Below are positions 16,001 to 24,532 of a stretch of DNA of 39,012 nucleotides, piece by piece. The notes under the pieces were generated by a model. The model saw only the letters and a program-made list of their open reading frames with translations, searched no databases and was not told the origin of the DNA. The translations under genes and the position numbers were made by a program. Location of the stretch: NCBI GenBank assembly GCA_900314125.1, contig OMUD01000312.1:1-39012 (forward strand), read 5' to 3'. This DNA is from an uncultured Prevotellaceae bacterium (GTDB lineage Bacteria > Bacteroidota > Bacteroidia > Bacteroidales > Bacteroidaceae). Every line of letters starts with the position of its first letter. The stretch's first letter is position 1.

Positions 16001-18140
16001 AATTGTTGATGTAGGACAAAGGTAATGATATGCCAAGAATTACGAAGGAATCACCTGCTTTCGGAATTTGATAGACGTTAGGTTTCAAAACGCCAAACGT
16101 GTTGATGTCTTTTTGTACGATGACAGTGATGGATTGGCTTGTTGAATCGGGATAGTCATCAATCCTATCCATCCTTCGTTGACCATTAGGTGCGAAATTG
16201 CCATCTTCATCATAGAACACCGCCTTGTAGTCTTCCCAATCACATTGAATAGTGAATGTGCATCCGATGCAAGCACCACTACGCATATTGATGTCCATTT
16301 GCTCCGTAATGCTTGCACAAGCATAAAGGTCAAATCCAAGTGGTGGCAATGTTATCTTGAAATAAGATTGCTTGTAGTTGCCATCATCATCCATTTCATC
16401 ATTCCATCGTGCGTTAGGCAAAGTTCCACGCAACACCTTGTAGTCAAAAGACAAGGAACTTGACGTGTGGTGAATCGTTGCCCATGTATGGCTTGTGTCA
16501 TCCGCATCATATCTAATGTATGTTTGATTTGGGTTTGTTCCACCACCTTGAACAATATCCATCGTATCACCATGAGTGACATTATTTTTGATGATGTTCA
16601 ACAAGTCGTATTCTTTAGGATTGGCTTTACGCAAGTCATCCGTCCTAACCGAATCTATGTATGCTTGGAATTCTGCCAACAAAACATAATCCCTTTCCTT
16701 GTCATTATCATAAGGGAACGCATCAACGATTGCTTTTTCGCCATCTGCCCACAATCTTGGCTTTATGTCTTCAAATTCATGGATTTCATGACTTGGTGCA
16801 TTTATATTTATTGGGTTGGGATAAGTTGATGGTGCATCATAATAGTCAATGATTTGTGTGTCTGGGTCATATCCACTTGCATAAGGATTTACCTTCTTAT
16901 TCACACATTGGCGATAGATGGACGGCATGAGATGGGTGCGTGTGAATGGATGCTTAATCAATTTCACATAACGTCCACCTACAATGCCTTGATAGATTGG
17001 GAATGAATCTGGGTCTGACGGATTGTTCTTCGTGTCCGTCCAATCTGGATTTCCCGTCCATTCAATTTGCGGATAGCCATAAGGAATGTTGTTTTCGCTT
17101 CCATATCCGCTCAACCTTGTAACAATCTTGTTGTTCTTTGGTGTTGCGGAATTATTCTTCAATCCAACACCTTGACCGAATTGAAACACATAAGCACCTC
17201 GTTTTGTGCAAGTGACAACGCTTGATGTAGCATCACCTGGGATACCAACCGCTATGTACACCTCCATATTGTCAGTTGCCGTGTATGAGAAAGCAGACAA
17301 ATAGTTTAGGTTGGAATCCAAGATTATGCCCTCGTTTGCCACCACATCCGCTTGAAGGCTAATACTATCCCCTTTGAACAAATACATAGGTGTCCTATGG
17401 TAATATACATTTGTCAATGATGATTGTTGGTCGCACACAACACTTGTACTTGACGTGTGTGTTATTTCCGTGCTTGGCAATCCGAAATTTATCAAATATC
17501 TTTTTCCACTTTGATAGTCGGAATCGGTGGAAGGAAGAACACTTACGACAAAAGGCACGTCATACGTTTCGTATGCGGTTTTTAAGACATCATTGACAAA
17601 TTGGTTGTCAAACGACAAAACATCGCTTAAAACGTTTCTTTTGGCTTGTGCAACGGAATCATCAATACGACACACCCATTGTGTTCCTTGAAAGTTGGCA
17701 TTCAACTTTGCAACAAAATCAACAAGGTTTCCAATCCAAGAGAACACTTTGTTTTCGGATAGGTATTTTTCTTCGCTTTCCGTCACCGCAATATCGGTAA
17801 AAGGAAGAGATGAAAGTTGATACTCTGGATGATAAAACACAACACTATATTTTGTCATTCCTTTTGTGTCGGAATTATCCTTAACAAGTCCGTTCTTGAC
17901 GATTGTCGGTGGGTTTACGATGTAGTATTTCACGTCATCAAACACCACATATTCCTTCATCGTAAATTGTAATTTGTTGTCAATCCACACGAAATCCCCA
18001 CTGATATTCCGCCCAAGCGACATTATCGTGTTTGAATAAGTCGCATTTCTCAAAACAATGTCATGGAATGAATGGCGAACACCATTTGAATCATCATAAT
18101 AGATGGGGAATGTTTGATTCAATCCGTTTTTTTCATTCAT
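13062..18140 (-). CDS. giant tail fibre / host-recognition protein with a collagen-like segment (1692 aa)
   Basis: ATG at 18140. The N-terminal ~350 aa resemble siphophage tail-tip (Tal/prophage-tail-like) N-domains (VVFDDVKYYIVNPPTIV...KYSVVFYHPEYQL). It has a central coiled-coil and 13 Gly-X-Y triplets, (GDK)9-GNP-GTD-GAD-GKM. The C-terminal globular part is the putative receptor-binding region. Confidence 0.7.
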   Translation of the reverse strand: MNEKNGLNQTFPIYYDDSNGVRHSFHDIVLRNATYSNTIMSLGRNISGDFVWIDNKLQFTMKEYVVFDDVKYYIVNPPTIVKNGLVKDNSDTKGMTKYSVVFYHPEYQLSSLPFTDIAVTESEEKYLSENKVFSWIGNLVDFVAKLNANFQGTQWVCRIDDSVAQAKRNVLSDVLSFDNQFVNDVLKTAYETYDVPFVVSVLPSTDSDYQSGKRYLINFGLPSTEITHTSSTSVVCDQQSSLTNVYYHRTPMYLFKGDSISLQADVVANEGIILDSNLNYLSAFSYTATDNMEVYIAVGIPGDATSSVVTCTKRGAYVFQFGQGVGLKNNSATPKNNKIVTRLSGYGSENNIPYGYPQIEWTGNPDWTDTKNNPSDPDSFPIYQGIVGGRYVKLIKHPFTRTHLMPSIYRQCVNKKVNPYASGYDPDTQIIDYYDAPSTYPNPININAPSHEIHEFEDIKPRLWADGEKAIVDAFPYDNDKERDYVLLAEFQAYIDSVRTDDLRKANPKEYDLLNIIKNNVTHGDTMDIVQGGGTNPNQTYIRYDADDTSHTWATIHHTSSSLSFDYKVLRGTLPNARWNDEMDDDGNYKQSYFKITLPPLGFDLYACASITEQMDINMRSGACIGCTFTIQCDWEDYKAVFYDEDGNFAPNGQRRMDRIDDYPDSTSQSITVIVQKDINTFGVLKPNVYQIPKAGDSFVILGISLPLSYINNSERELDEAMMEYMLENNVYYFDYPLTFDEKFLRDNLDILSQLDNNKIVRFKFGNAILALYIKEFSIKFGESTLPQYTITLTDDVEIVLNQIGQTTEDVSKLRVQVSQIAQYYGMNASEGYASLQKQLDEKLSKIIDDVAQGHITFQQGLDALGKCVFADALQSHDYVSSMNAGEGRGWRLDEHGNMEVESLKVRSFLEVVELLINRVQAQEGDTMFTDNDQVDKVEYVVTDDEYSVYRLSLKEKWEGYVTSQQGGNILKGVINTLAGKMGNVSDVEESDAGQSTDGGGNKYYTSWMYVLTQEEIDAIALDYNVTIPQANVNEIYVRCYLDSYVPSGTNYPPCEFMTITRWGCRDKSQECNVPIVCTDSTILETIQRRQQLFYLSTSEGRIVKLIGVNNPILRDNNYGMTLGILPDFVKQYAPVAERIAQNPNYDFFYAQGVVVEDFIKVDYQGNPIVNYVDKGDWTNTKQYLFASWDSEDLQYETHEVWYQGQKWRAKRTNRNSVPTESNPNWQLVLTKGADGTSVSIKGSLYAMASSVNQLPQSGVPTYSNAVVYSSNTVYIWGGSWIVQESANVGDGYTYDDDGHLYMWNGSIWKDCGEFKGDKGDKGDKGDKGDKGDKGDKGDKGDKGNPGTDGADGKMGRNPYYKGDWIETSTATFDVTDFETPYYAYNGQLWVWVGENGHFDVSSKNRPSNQNANWRLMTTDFKYLISQAIFSQFAQLGSWIFNEDYMYSVLGKKADGTSASFLDGYKYFGEGNPQNTYIPNLVMNANSGKMYVKDIVLEGVINNLIQKIRDDNLNDFGYYVTATATLHINPLKVGSYLIIDEWNYSSGTLNALLPCAYSTDGTRENFQIVGMKDASNYFTLSELRQCVGKKICFLPAADNWHFKSGGFPYFLVDTYYKFSNGQTYQDLSELTNSIGYSYTVEHKIRAETDIMSYSALIMYVAECKVGQYNNHECIYWEFTRSTESLVDLNSVV
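14112..14192 (-). repeat. nine tandem 9-nt units (YTTRTCNCC on plus) encoding (Gly-Asp-Lys)9
   Basis: Direct reading gives TTTATCACC TTTATCTCC TTTGTCACC CTTGTCACC TTTGTCACC CTTATCTCC CTTATCGCC TTTATCACC TTTATCTCC. The Gly-X-Y register continues down to about 14073. Confidence 0.95.
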
Positions 18141-18153
18141 GTCGCTATTTTTT

Positions 18154-18630
18154 TTATTGTTTCAACTTGCGTACACTCCAATACATTATGGCAAGAATGA
18201 AAAGGAAAAGGAATACAGGAGCAATAATGCTCCATATTCCTCTAATCTTCTTTGTTACCTTTTTATTTTCAACCACATTCACCTTTTCTTTTTGCAATTC
18301 GTTTATTGCCTTTTGTAAGGAATCCACCTTGCTTTTATATCTATCCGTTGAGTCTTTCGCATACACGTAGTGGTACATATTGTTGTTCACCACTTCACGA
18401 ATTGTGTCACCACTTTCCTTCAATGTGATTGTGCGAATTTGAACATCCTTAATCGTGTCAACGTGTGTGATGTATTGAGTTTCCTTAATCGTGTCGCACT
18501 TGAATATGTGTATCGTATCGTGCGTTTCGTTGTATATTGTGTCCGTATGGCTTTCATACACAATTTCCTTCTTTGTTGTGCATGATAACGATAGAAAACA
18601 AACAACGAAAAATAAACATAAGTATTTCAT
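18154..18630 (-). CDS. lipoprotein with C-terminal TM anchor, unimolecular-spanin-like
   Basis: MKYLCLFFVVCFLSLSC looks like a lipoprotein signal with Cys17. The C-terminal TM is IWSIIAPVFLFLFILAIMYWSV. Five xDTIx repeats occur in the N-terminal half. It sits directly downstream of the endolysin. Confidence 0.45.
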   Translation of the reverse strand: MKYLCLFFVVCFLSLSCTTKKEIVYESHTDTIYNETHDTIHIFKCDTIKETQYITHVDTIKDVQIRTITLKESGDTIREVVNNNMYHYVYAKDSTDRYKSKVDSLQKAINELQKEKVNVVENKKVTKKIRGIWSIIAPVFLFLFILAIMYWSVRKLKQ

Positions 18631-18633
18631 AAT

Positions 18634-19245
18634 CTACAAAGTTTTAAAATATTCGTTGATTGAATTGACGTGCAGGTCAACTATTGCTTCCTTTCCTTTT
18701 TCGCTCATCAAGAAATCAACATCCTTATGGTTGTCTTGGAACATATTTTCGGTCAACACCGCAGGGCAATAGGTGTTACGCAATACATAATAGTTTGCCG
18801 TCCAATAACGTTCAAATGGTATGGAGCGATTTCCACAAAGGTTTTCCCTAATAGCATTGCTTGTGAATATCTTTGCGAGTTTCTTGGAATTCTTTGATGC
18901 GTTCGGACTTACGAACACGGAAAATCCACTTGCATTCAACCAAGTAGTGCCAATGCCAGCAGCATTGACGTGAATTGATACATACAGGCAATTTGTCGTT
19001 CCCTTCTTTTTGCAAATATCATTCACGATACCAACACGTTTCTTCAATTCAATGGATTGTGGCAATGGAACTACGTCATCGGTTATGTCAACCACAACCT
19101 CATAACCAAGTTGTTCAAGACGTGGCTTAATTTCTTTGATGACATTGCGACTGAATTCATATTCACGGAACTTGCCATCTGGTGACATCTTACCGCTAAC
19201 GTTCTTTCCGTGTGCAGAACCTAAAATAATAGTCTTCTTATTCAT
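18634..19245 (-). CDS. N-acetylmuramoyl-L-alanine amidase (Amidase_3-type endolysin)
   Basis: The sequence IILGSAHGKNVSGK...REYEFSRNV...LYVSIHVNAAG...GFSVFV...YVLRNTYCPAVLTENMFQDN follows the Amidase_3 pattern (GHGG...E; SiH.NA; vE.gF). Confidence 0.85.
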   Translation of the reverse strand: MNKKTIILGSAHGKNVSGKMSPDGKFREYEFSRNVIKEIKPRLEQLGYEVVVDITDDVVPLPQSIELKKRVGIVNDICKKKGTTNCLYVSIHVNAAGIGTTWLNASGFSVFVSPNASKNSKKLAKIFTSNAIRENLCGNRSIPFERYWTANYYVLRNTYCPAVLTENMFQDNHKDVDFLMSEKGKEAIVDLHVNSINEYFKTL

Positions 19246-19681
19246 TTTCTTGTTTCTTTGGTTTTAATTCAATTTCAACATTGCTTACATCCACCTTCGT
19301 TCTATTAGTGCATCCAACCATCGCACAAGTGAATGGCAACAAGGCTTCAATCTTGCGACCTTGCTTCGCAACCATGTTTTTAAGATTCGATATTTCTTCT
19401 TCCATGTCGTTGTATTTCTTTCTAAATTCGTCATTCATTTGTCTTAATGAATCCCTGTCTTCACGAAGATGAATCCTATCATTTCTCAAATCTTCACAAT
19501 ACTTGTTTAGGTCTTCAATCGTTTGTTGATATACATCTTGCAGACCTTTCCATGCTTCAACCTCAACCTGCGTAGCCTCGCCATTGGCTTTCCTTTTTGC
19601 TGCTTTGATTGTGAAAAGCCAAGTCAAACCGCCACCAGTAACGATTCCTAATATGCCTAAAATAAATCCGCTTATATCCAT
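19238..19681 (-). CDS. single-pass membrane protein with long coiled-coil (holin or i-spanin candidate)
   Basis: Start is taken at ATG 19681 (MDISGFILGILGIVTGGGLTWLF), because the listed start at 19693 is a TTG overlapping the portal stop. It has one N-terminal TM, then a charged coiled-coil. It overlaps the amidase start by 8 nt. Confidence 0.45.
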   Translation of the reverse strand: MDISGFILGILGIVTGGGLTWLFTIKAAKRKANGEATQVEVEAWKGLQDVYQQTIEDLNKYCEDLRNDRIHLREDRDSLRQMNDEFRKKYNDMEEEISNLKNMVAKQGRKIEALLPFTCAMVGCTNRTKVDVSNVEIELKPKKQENE

Positions 19682-19689
19682 TTCTTTTA

Positions 19690-21216
19690 TCAAGGGTTAA
19701 TGTTTGTTGGCATGACATCAACGACTTTCGTCATATTGTCAACAATCTCATTGCTTGCATTTTCTGCAATTGCATGAGCCTTATCTGCGTTCGCATCAAC
19801 TTGTGAAGAACCAACATAGTCAAGTGAACCACGTTCCTTGATTACACGTTCCGTTTCGTCTGGTGCTGCATCAGGCGATTTTTCAATGATTGTTTGTGCG
19901 GACAACCACTTTGCTTCCATAGCCAAGTTCGTGATTTTCGTTGTGTTCGTTTCAAGTGACCAAGGAACAATCTTCGCACCAATCTTCAAGTCCGTGTATT
20001 TGATTCCAGTTTCAAGTTCAATTCCACATTGATGCAGATAGACCATTTCGTTGACAAACTTTTGCCAATCCATAGCACTTTGCGTAGCCAACGCATAGTC
20101 ATTTGACATGGCGAGTGCGATACCATTTCCACCGCTATTTGATGTCGTGATGTCTTTTGGTGTGATGAATGACGTTGACGAGAACAATGAAATCTTTTCT
20201 TCCAATGTCTTCAAATACCAATCCATCGTTTGAGGCTCTGGAAAGTTCAACACCTTCGCATCTTGCTTCCCATTTGTATTGTCACTTGAAAGGTTGATTA
20301 CAAGCGTGCTTGAATCACGTTTGAAAGAATCCTCGTCCATTTCTCCAATCAACACCAATGCGAATGTTCCAAATCGTTTCAATGCTATGTCTTGGATGTT
20401 CGCCATGATTTCCCACATTTCAATGCTTGATTGTGCGTATTCCCATGCAGGCAACCCACGTTTATGCAACAATGGACATATAGGGAATCCATGCAATTCA
20501 CTTTGGATTTCCCATCCGTTATTGACCATCCTACAACGATAATGTTTCTTGTTGTCGTAAGTGTCAATCACCACACCGCTATCTATGCGATAGACAAGTG
20601 ACCTTGCGACCTCATGACCATATTCGTCATAGTTTGGTACAATTTGATAGCCATCTTCGTAAGAATAGTTCGTAATGTCATACTTTCTCGTTTGTTTGTC
20701 AAAACTGAACAGCACACCGACATTGCCGACTTTCTTGCAAGTGCTTATGGCTTGGTATTTGTTCCATTCGCAACTCCTCCAAATCCATTCTTGCTTGATG
20801 TAATTGAATCCTTCCTTTTCATCTTCATCGTTCTTTCTATTGCACAATGAAAATTCGATAGGATTGGCGGTCAAGTTCCTGACGTGTGCTGCGTGAATCA
20901 ACTTTTGGAAAGATGCCGTTTGTGTGATTTCGCTGAAACCAAGGTTCATTCCATTGTAAACCACCTTGATTTTAGGAATAGACTTGTTCAAGATGATGTG
21001 GTGCAAGTCTGGACTATACTCCGTCAAGTACAAGTCTTGTGAGATAGGTTGTTTTTCAAGTTGCGAGAATCCAACGTCAAGAAGTCCATCGTTCATAATC
21101 TTTGAACTTTCCCAACCATGTGGAATTTTCTCGCCACCACGAGTGAATGGCTTCATGACCATTAGCCTTGTAGGTTCTTGCAAGAACCAATTGATGTTGT
21201 GTTCTACGTTCATCAT
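19690..21216 (-). CDS. portal protein
   Basis: 508 aa, immediately downstream of terL with an ATGA overlap. Size and position are typical of portals. No specific motif was verified. Confidence 0.65.
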   Translation of the reverse strand: MMNVEHNINWFLQEPTRLMVMKPFTRGGEKIPHGWESSKIMNDGLLDVGFSQLEKQPISQDLYLTEYSPDLHHIILNKSIPKIKVVYNGMNLGFSEITQTASFQKLIHAAHVRNLTANPIEFSLCNRKNDEDEKEGFNYIKQEWIWRSCEWNKYQAISTCKKVGNVGVLFSFDKQTRKYDITNYSYEDGYQIVPNYDEYGHEVARSLVYRIDSGVVIDTYDNKKHYRCRMVNNGWEIQSELHGFPICPLLHKRGLPAWEYAQSSIEMWEIMANIQDIALKRFGTFALVLIGEMDEDSFKRDSSTLVINLSSDNTNGKQDAKVLNFPEPQTMDWYLKTLEEKISLFSSTSFITPKDITTSNSGGNGIALAMSNDYALATQSAMDWQKFVNEMVYLHQCGIELETGIKYTDLKIGAKIVPWSLETNTTKITNLAMEAKWLSAQTIIEKSPDAAPDETERVIKERGSLDYVGSSQVDANADKAHAIAENASNEIVDNMTKVVDVMPTNINP

Positions 21217-22991
21217 ATCATGCTTAATTTGTTCATTATATTTTCTATTTTGGTTGAATGGTGTATCTTCATCCGTTCATGCTTTATTTCCATATCATCA
21301 GCATCAATGTTCAACATTTTCAACATATCATCATCCGAATTTCTTCTACGCACCATTCCACTTTCATCCCTCAACATACGATAGCAATCATAGCACATAG
21401 CACCACAAAGTATGATGATGCTGTCGGTAAGGTCGGGTGACATACCTTTCAACAATTGCTTCATCTGCTCCTTTCCAATCACCGAAATTCTTCCGTTAGG
21501 TGTCTTTCCGAATTGGAATATCTTGCTTTCAAAGATAAGATGCTTGATGATGGTTGTCGCACCCGTGGATTTCATGTTCTTGTGCATATATCGCATTGAT
21601 GCAAGTTTTGGTTCGTAGTGTATCAATCCCGCACGAATCATTTCCATCGCAATATGCGTTGCTTCATCCTTCATGGTACGATATTGGTTTTTACCACGTC
21701 TTGATGTTGTGCCAGCACCACTGAACAACATTGCTTTTGGGTAACATTCTTTCAAGAAACCGAATCCTTGAACGTCAAGAATGATGTTCTTTTGTGGAAC
21801 GTCATGTTGCATTGAAAAAGAGTTTATCATGCGAACCGCTTCCGCATTCGTGTTGTTCATTGAATACTTTATATCCCTACAAATGAAACCGATGTTAGAC
21901 CACAATTCCCAATACTTGATGACAAAGTTGTCAAAGCCAGTAGTTGCCATGTCAACAGTGATGAGTTTCTTTAGTAGCAAGTGGTCAAAATCTTCTTCAA
22001 CAGGCTTGAACATATATTCCACGTCATAAGGCTTCACTTGAACATTCACAATATCCTCTTCATCCGTTTCTTCATCTTCAAGCGAATAATTCCAATTGAC
22101 ACTATATGCACTCGCAGCACTTGCGGAGTTTGCTGCCAAACCACGATAGCCTTTGTTCTTTGCCAACATCTTCTTGTTGTCACGGACATCAAACGTGTAG
22201 AACACCATTGAAAGGATAAAGTCTTCGTATGACATATCGGGGTCTTGGGCAATCAAGGAATCAATGTGGTCTTTGCACTTTTCATACACCTCACGTTTCG
22301 TCCTTCCGAAATATGTTTTTTCCAAGTCACCTTCTTGCATATTGAAGAACATTACAACACCATCCATAGACTTGTCAACAGTGCCATCATCATTTATCCA
22401 CCCACCGCCATGTTCTCCTTTGCCACACAATTTGCGTAGAAAACATTCACGTTCTGGGTTTTGTGCAAGATATATTTGTGCCTTTCCGCTTGAATCGGAA
22501 CGCAATCGTGGAAAGAATGACGTGATTGTTCGCCATTGGAACTTGTTGCATTCATCAAAGATAAGTTTCTTCGCTTGCAAACCTTTGACGATTTTATCAA
22601 TCACGATTGGACTTTCATTGTCAAGTTGTTGGAATTTAAGTTCGCTACCATTGTATAGTTTCATACCCATGTCCACTTGGTTTCGGATGATTTCGCCAAT
22701 AGGGTCATGTGGTTGTTTCTTTACCGACCTGTCTATCAATGGGTACATCTTCTTTAGTGTGTCTGAAACTTTTCCAGCACCCCAAAAATCACTGACGTTA
22801 CGCATGAAACACACAATCTTCGCATTGTCATTCTCCGCAAGATAGTCTATCGGTGCATAGTACAATGCATAACTCTTTCCACCACCCGTACCACCAGTGA
22901 AGCAAACGATGTCCGCATTTGAACGTATCGCCCTCTTCTGATTGCCATCGTCAAGTGGCATAAGCACTATGTCATTTTTCTTCTTTTTCAT
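21213..22991 (-). CDS. terL: terminase large subunit
   Basis: 592 aa. Walker A is CFTGGTGGGKSY and Walker B is KLIFDECNKF. The C-terminal nuclease-sized domain carries acidic residues. The portal gene follows. Confidence 0.85.
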   Translation of the reverse strand: MKKKKNDIVLMPLDDGNQKRAIRSNADIVCFTGGTGGGKSYALYYAPIDYLAENDNAKIVCFMRNVSDFWGAGKVSDTLKKMYPLIDRSVKKQPHDPIGEIIRNQVDMGMKLYNGSELKFQQLDNESPIVIDKIVKGLQAKKLIFDECNKFQWRTITSFFPRLRSDSSGKAQIYLAQNPERECFLRKLCGKGEHGGGWINDDGTVDKSMDGVVMFFNMQEGDLEKTYFGRTKREVYEKCKDHIDSLIAQDPDMSYEDFILSMVFYTFDVRDNKKMLAKNKGYRGLAANSASAASAYSVNWNYSLEDEETDEEDIVNVQVKPYDVEYMFKPVEEDFDHLLLKKLITVDMATTGFDNFVIKYWELWSNIGFICRDIKYSMNNTNAEAVRMINSFSMQHDVPQKNIILDVQGFGFLKECYPKAMLFSGAGTTSRRGKNQYRTMKDEATHIAMEMIRAGLIHYEPKLASMRYMHKNMKSTGATTIIKHLIFESKIFQFGKTPNGRISVIGKEQMKQLLKGMSPDLTDSIIILCGAMCYDCYRMLRDESGMVRRRNSDDDMLKMLNIDADDMEIKHERMKIHHSTKIENIMNKLSMI

Positions 22992-23013
22992 TTCGGCTTA
23001 TCTTTTCACATTG

Positions 23014-23021
23014 CAAATATA
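23014..23021 (-). promoter_or_regulatory. possible TATATTTG -7 box for the leftward terL operon
   Basis: The plus strand reads CAAATATA, which is TATATTTG on the minus strand. It lies 23 nt upstream of ATG 22991, which is rather close, so support is weak. Confidence 0.25.
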
Positions 23022-23130
23022 ATAAATATAGAATGGCTATCATTTTTAAATTAACAACTTTGTGTAGTTGTTTTTGCAAAAAGTAAACATCTTGTAAATA
23101 TGTTATTATTAAAAGATGTATTTATAACTT

Positions 23131-23138
23131 TAATTTTG
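23131..23138 (+). promoter_or_regulatory. possible TAATTTTG -7 box for the rightward structural operon
   Basis: TAATTTTGCAAA lies 44 nt upstream of ATG 23182, inside the 190-nt AT-rich divergent intergenic region. Confidence 0.35.
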
Positions 23139-23181
23139 CAAAAATTATTTTTTTATTAACCAAAAATTGTAGTAGAAAACT

Positions 23182-23820
23182 ATGACGAAGGAAGATGTTT
23201 TACAGAAAGTAAACGACTATTGTAACGAGAAAAGTTACACAAATGAAACTCTGACGGATGATTTTAAGGACAAGTTTTCCGATTTCTTCGCAAAGAAGTA
23301 TGATGAAAACGTTACGTTTGACGAAGATGGTGTTCTTAATGACTTGCAATTCAATTTGAATACCGCTTTTTCAGCAACATCCAAAGGAATCACCGCTAAA
23401 GCAAAGGTTTTTGAAGCGAGAGAAAACACTTTGAAAAACCAAATTGCGGAGTTGAACAAAAAACTTGGCAACGTTGACACCACTACGACACAAGAGCCGA
23501 CAATTTCACAAGAATTGCAAGACAAGTTAAATAGGCTTGAGCAGTTTGAAAATGAACAAAGGCTCAATGAAAAGTTGAAGGAAGTGATGGCAATCGCCAA
23601 GAAAAACGTTAGAAATGACTTACACAAATCGCTTGAAAATTATGCTAACGATTTCAAAGTCACACTTGATGAGACAAGTGAGGAACAAGCAAAGAAATTG
23701 ACTGCACGTTTCCAAGACATTTTTCGTGAATCAATTGGTGACATCAAACCACTTGCACCACAAGTGACGAGAAAACGTGACGAAGAATTCCTTACAACCA
23801 TCCCTAAAGTGAAAATCTAA
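23182..23820 (+). CDS. scaffolding protein (probable)
   Basis: 212 aa, acidic and strongly helical/coiled-coil (ENTLKNQIAELNKKL..., LQDKLNRLEQFENEQRLNEKLKEV). It is the first gene of the capsid block, two genes upstream of the major capsid protein. Confidence 0.5.
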   Translation: MTKEDVLQKVNDYCNEKSYTNETLTDDFKDKFSDFFAKKYDENVTFDEDGVLNDLQFNLNTAFSATSKGITAKAKVFEARENTLKNQIAELNKKLGNVDTTTTQEPTISQELQDKLNRLEQFENEQRLNEKLKEVMAIAKKNVRNDLHKSLENYANDFKVTLDETSEEQAKKLTARFQDIFRESIGDIKPLAPQVTRKRDEEFLTTIPKVKI

Positions 23821-23846
23821 TTATCAAATTTTTAAATATAGTGACC

Positions 23847-24512
23847 ATGCAAGTAACAAATTTATCGTATTTTTACGAAACATCACGAAAAGTTCGTGGT
23901 GGTAAGTTTGTTTGGGTAAAAGATAGCAACGGAGAGCAACGCAACAACGTTCTTCTTGGTGGCACTATTGGAAACCCAAACAAAGGATTCGGACATCTTT
24001 GGGCTGCACAACTCTTGCAGTACACTCCTGGGCAAGATATGCTCATCTTCCGTTCCTTCGCAGTAAAATCGGCAAATGGCACAACCATCAACATCAAAGC
24101 AGATGGATATTCCGATGCACCCGAGGTTGGTCAAATCCTTATGAAAGCACCAACAAAGGCAACGACCACTGGTCAATCGGGTGTTGTGACTAATGTCGTA
24201 TATGACGAAGCAAACGAACAATTCGTTGTGACTGTTGACACCGCCCTTGGCACATTGGCAGCGAATGACATTCTTGTCGAAGCAAATGGTACGGCAGCAT
24301 CCGCAGCCGCCCTCCCTCTCGTTCCTAATCCAAACGTGTTCAACGAAGCAGACAGAGATTTGCTCCCTACCGAAGGATATGGAATTGAGAACGCAAACTA
24401 CAATGTTTCTGCGGTCTATAACAAGCAGGCTTGGATTGCACGTATGCAACCACTCCCAACTTATGTGCTTGCAAAGAACCGCTCTTACATTGACGGAATT
24501 TTTTGGATTTAA
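23847..24512 (+). CDS. head decoration / auxiliary capsid protein (probable)
   Basis: Start is taken at ATG 23847 (MQVTNLSYFY...); the listed start at 23841 is a GTG. Its position between scaffold and major capsid protein mirrors the lambda Nu3-D-E order. It has an Ala/Thr-rich beta region. Confidence 0.35.
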   Translation: MQVTNLSYFYETSRKVRGGKFVWVKDSNGEQRNNVLLGGTIGNPNKGFGHLWAAQLLQYTPGQDMLIFRSFAVKSANGTTINIKADGYSDAPEVGQILMKAPTKATTTGQSGVVTNVVYDEANEQFVVTVDTALGTLAANDILVEANGTAASAAALPLVPNPNVFNEADRDLLPTEGYGIENANYNVSAVYNKQAWIARMQPLPTYVLAKNRSYIDGIFWI

Positions 24513-24532
24513 AGAAAGGAGGAAATTAGATT

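Noticed and set aside
13560-17596. Many 60-130-aa ORFs on the plus strand inside the fibre gene. Similar antisense ORFs lie inside the primase, terL, portal, capsid and tape-measure genes.
   Set aside because: All lie fully within long ORFs that carry recognisable motifs or are supported by operon position. Their products are low-complexity or hydrophobic mirror-frame artefacts. None has independent start-context or motif support.
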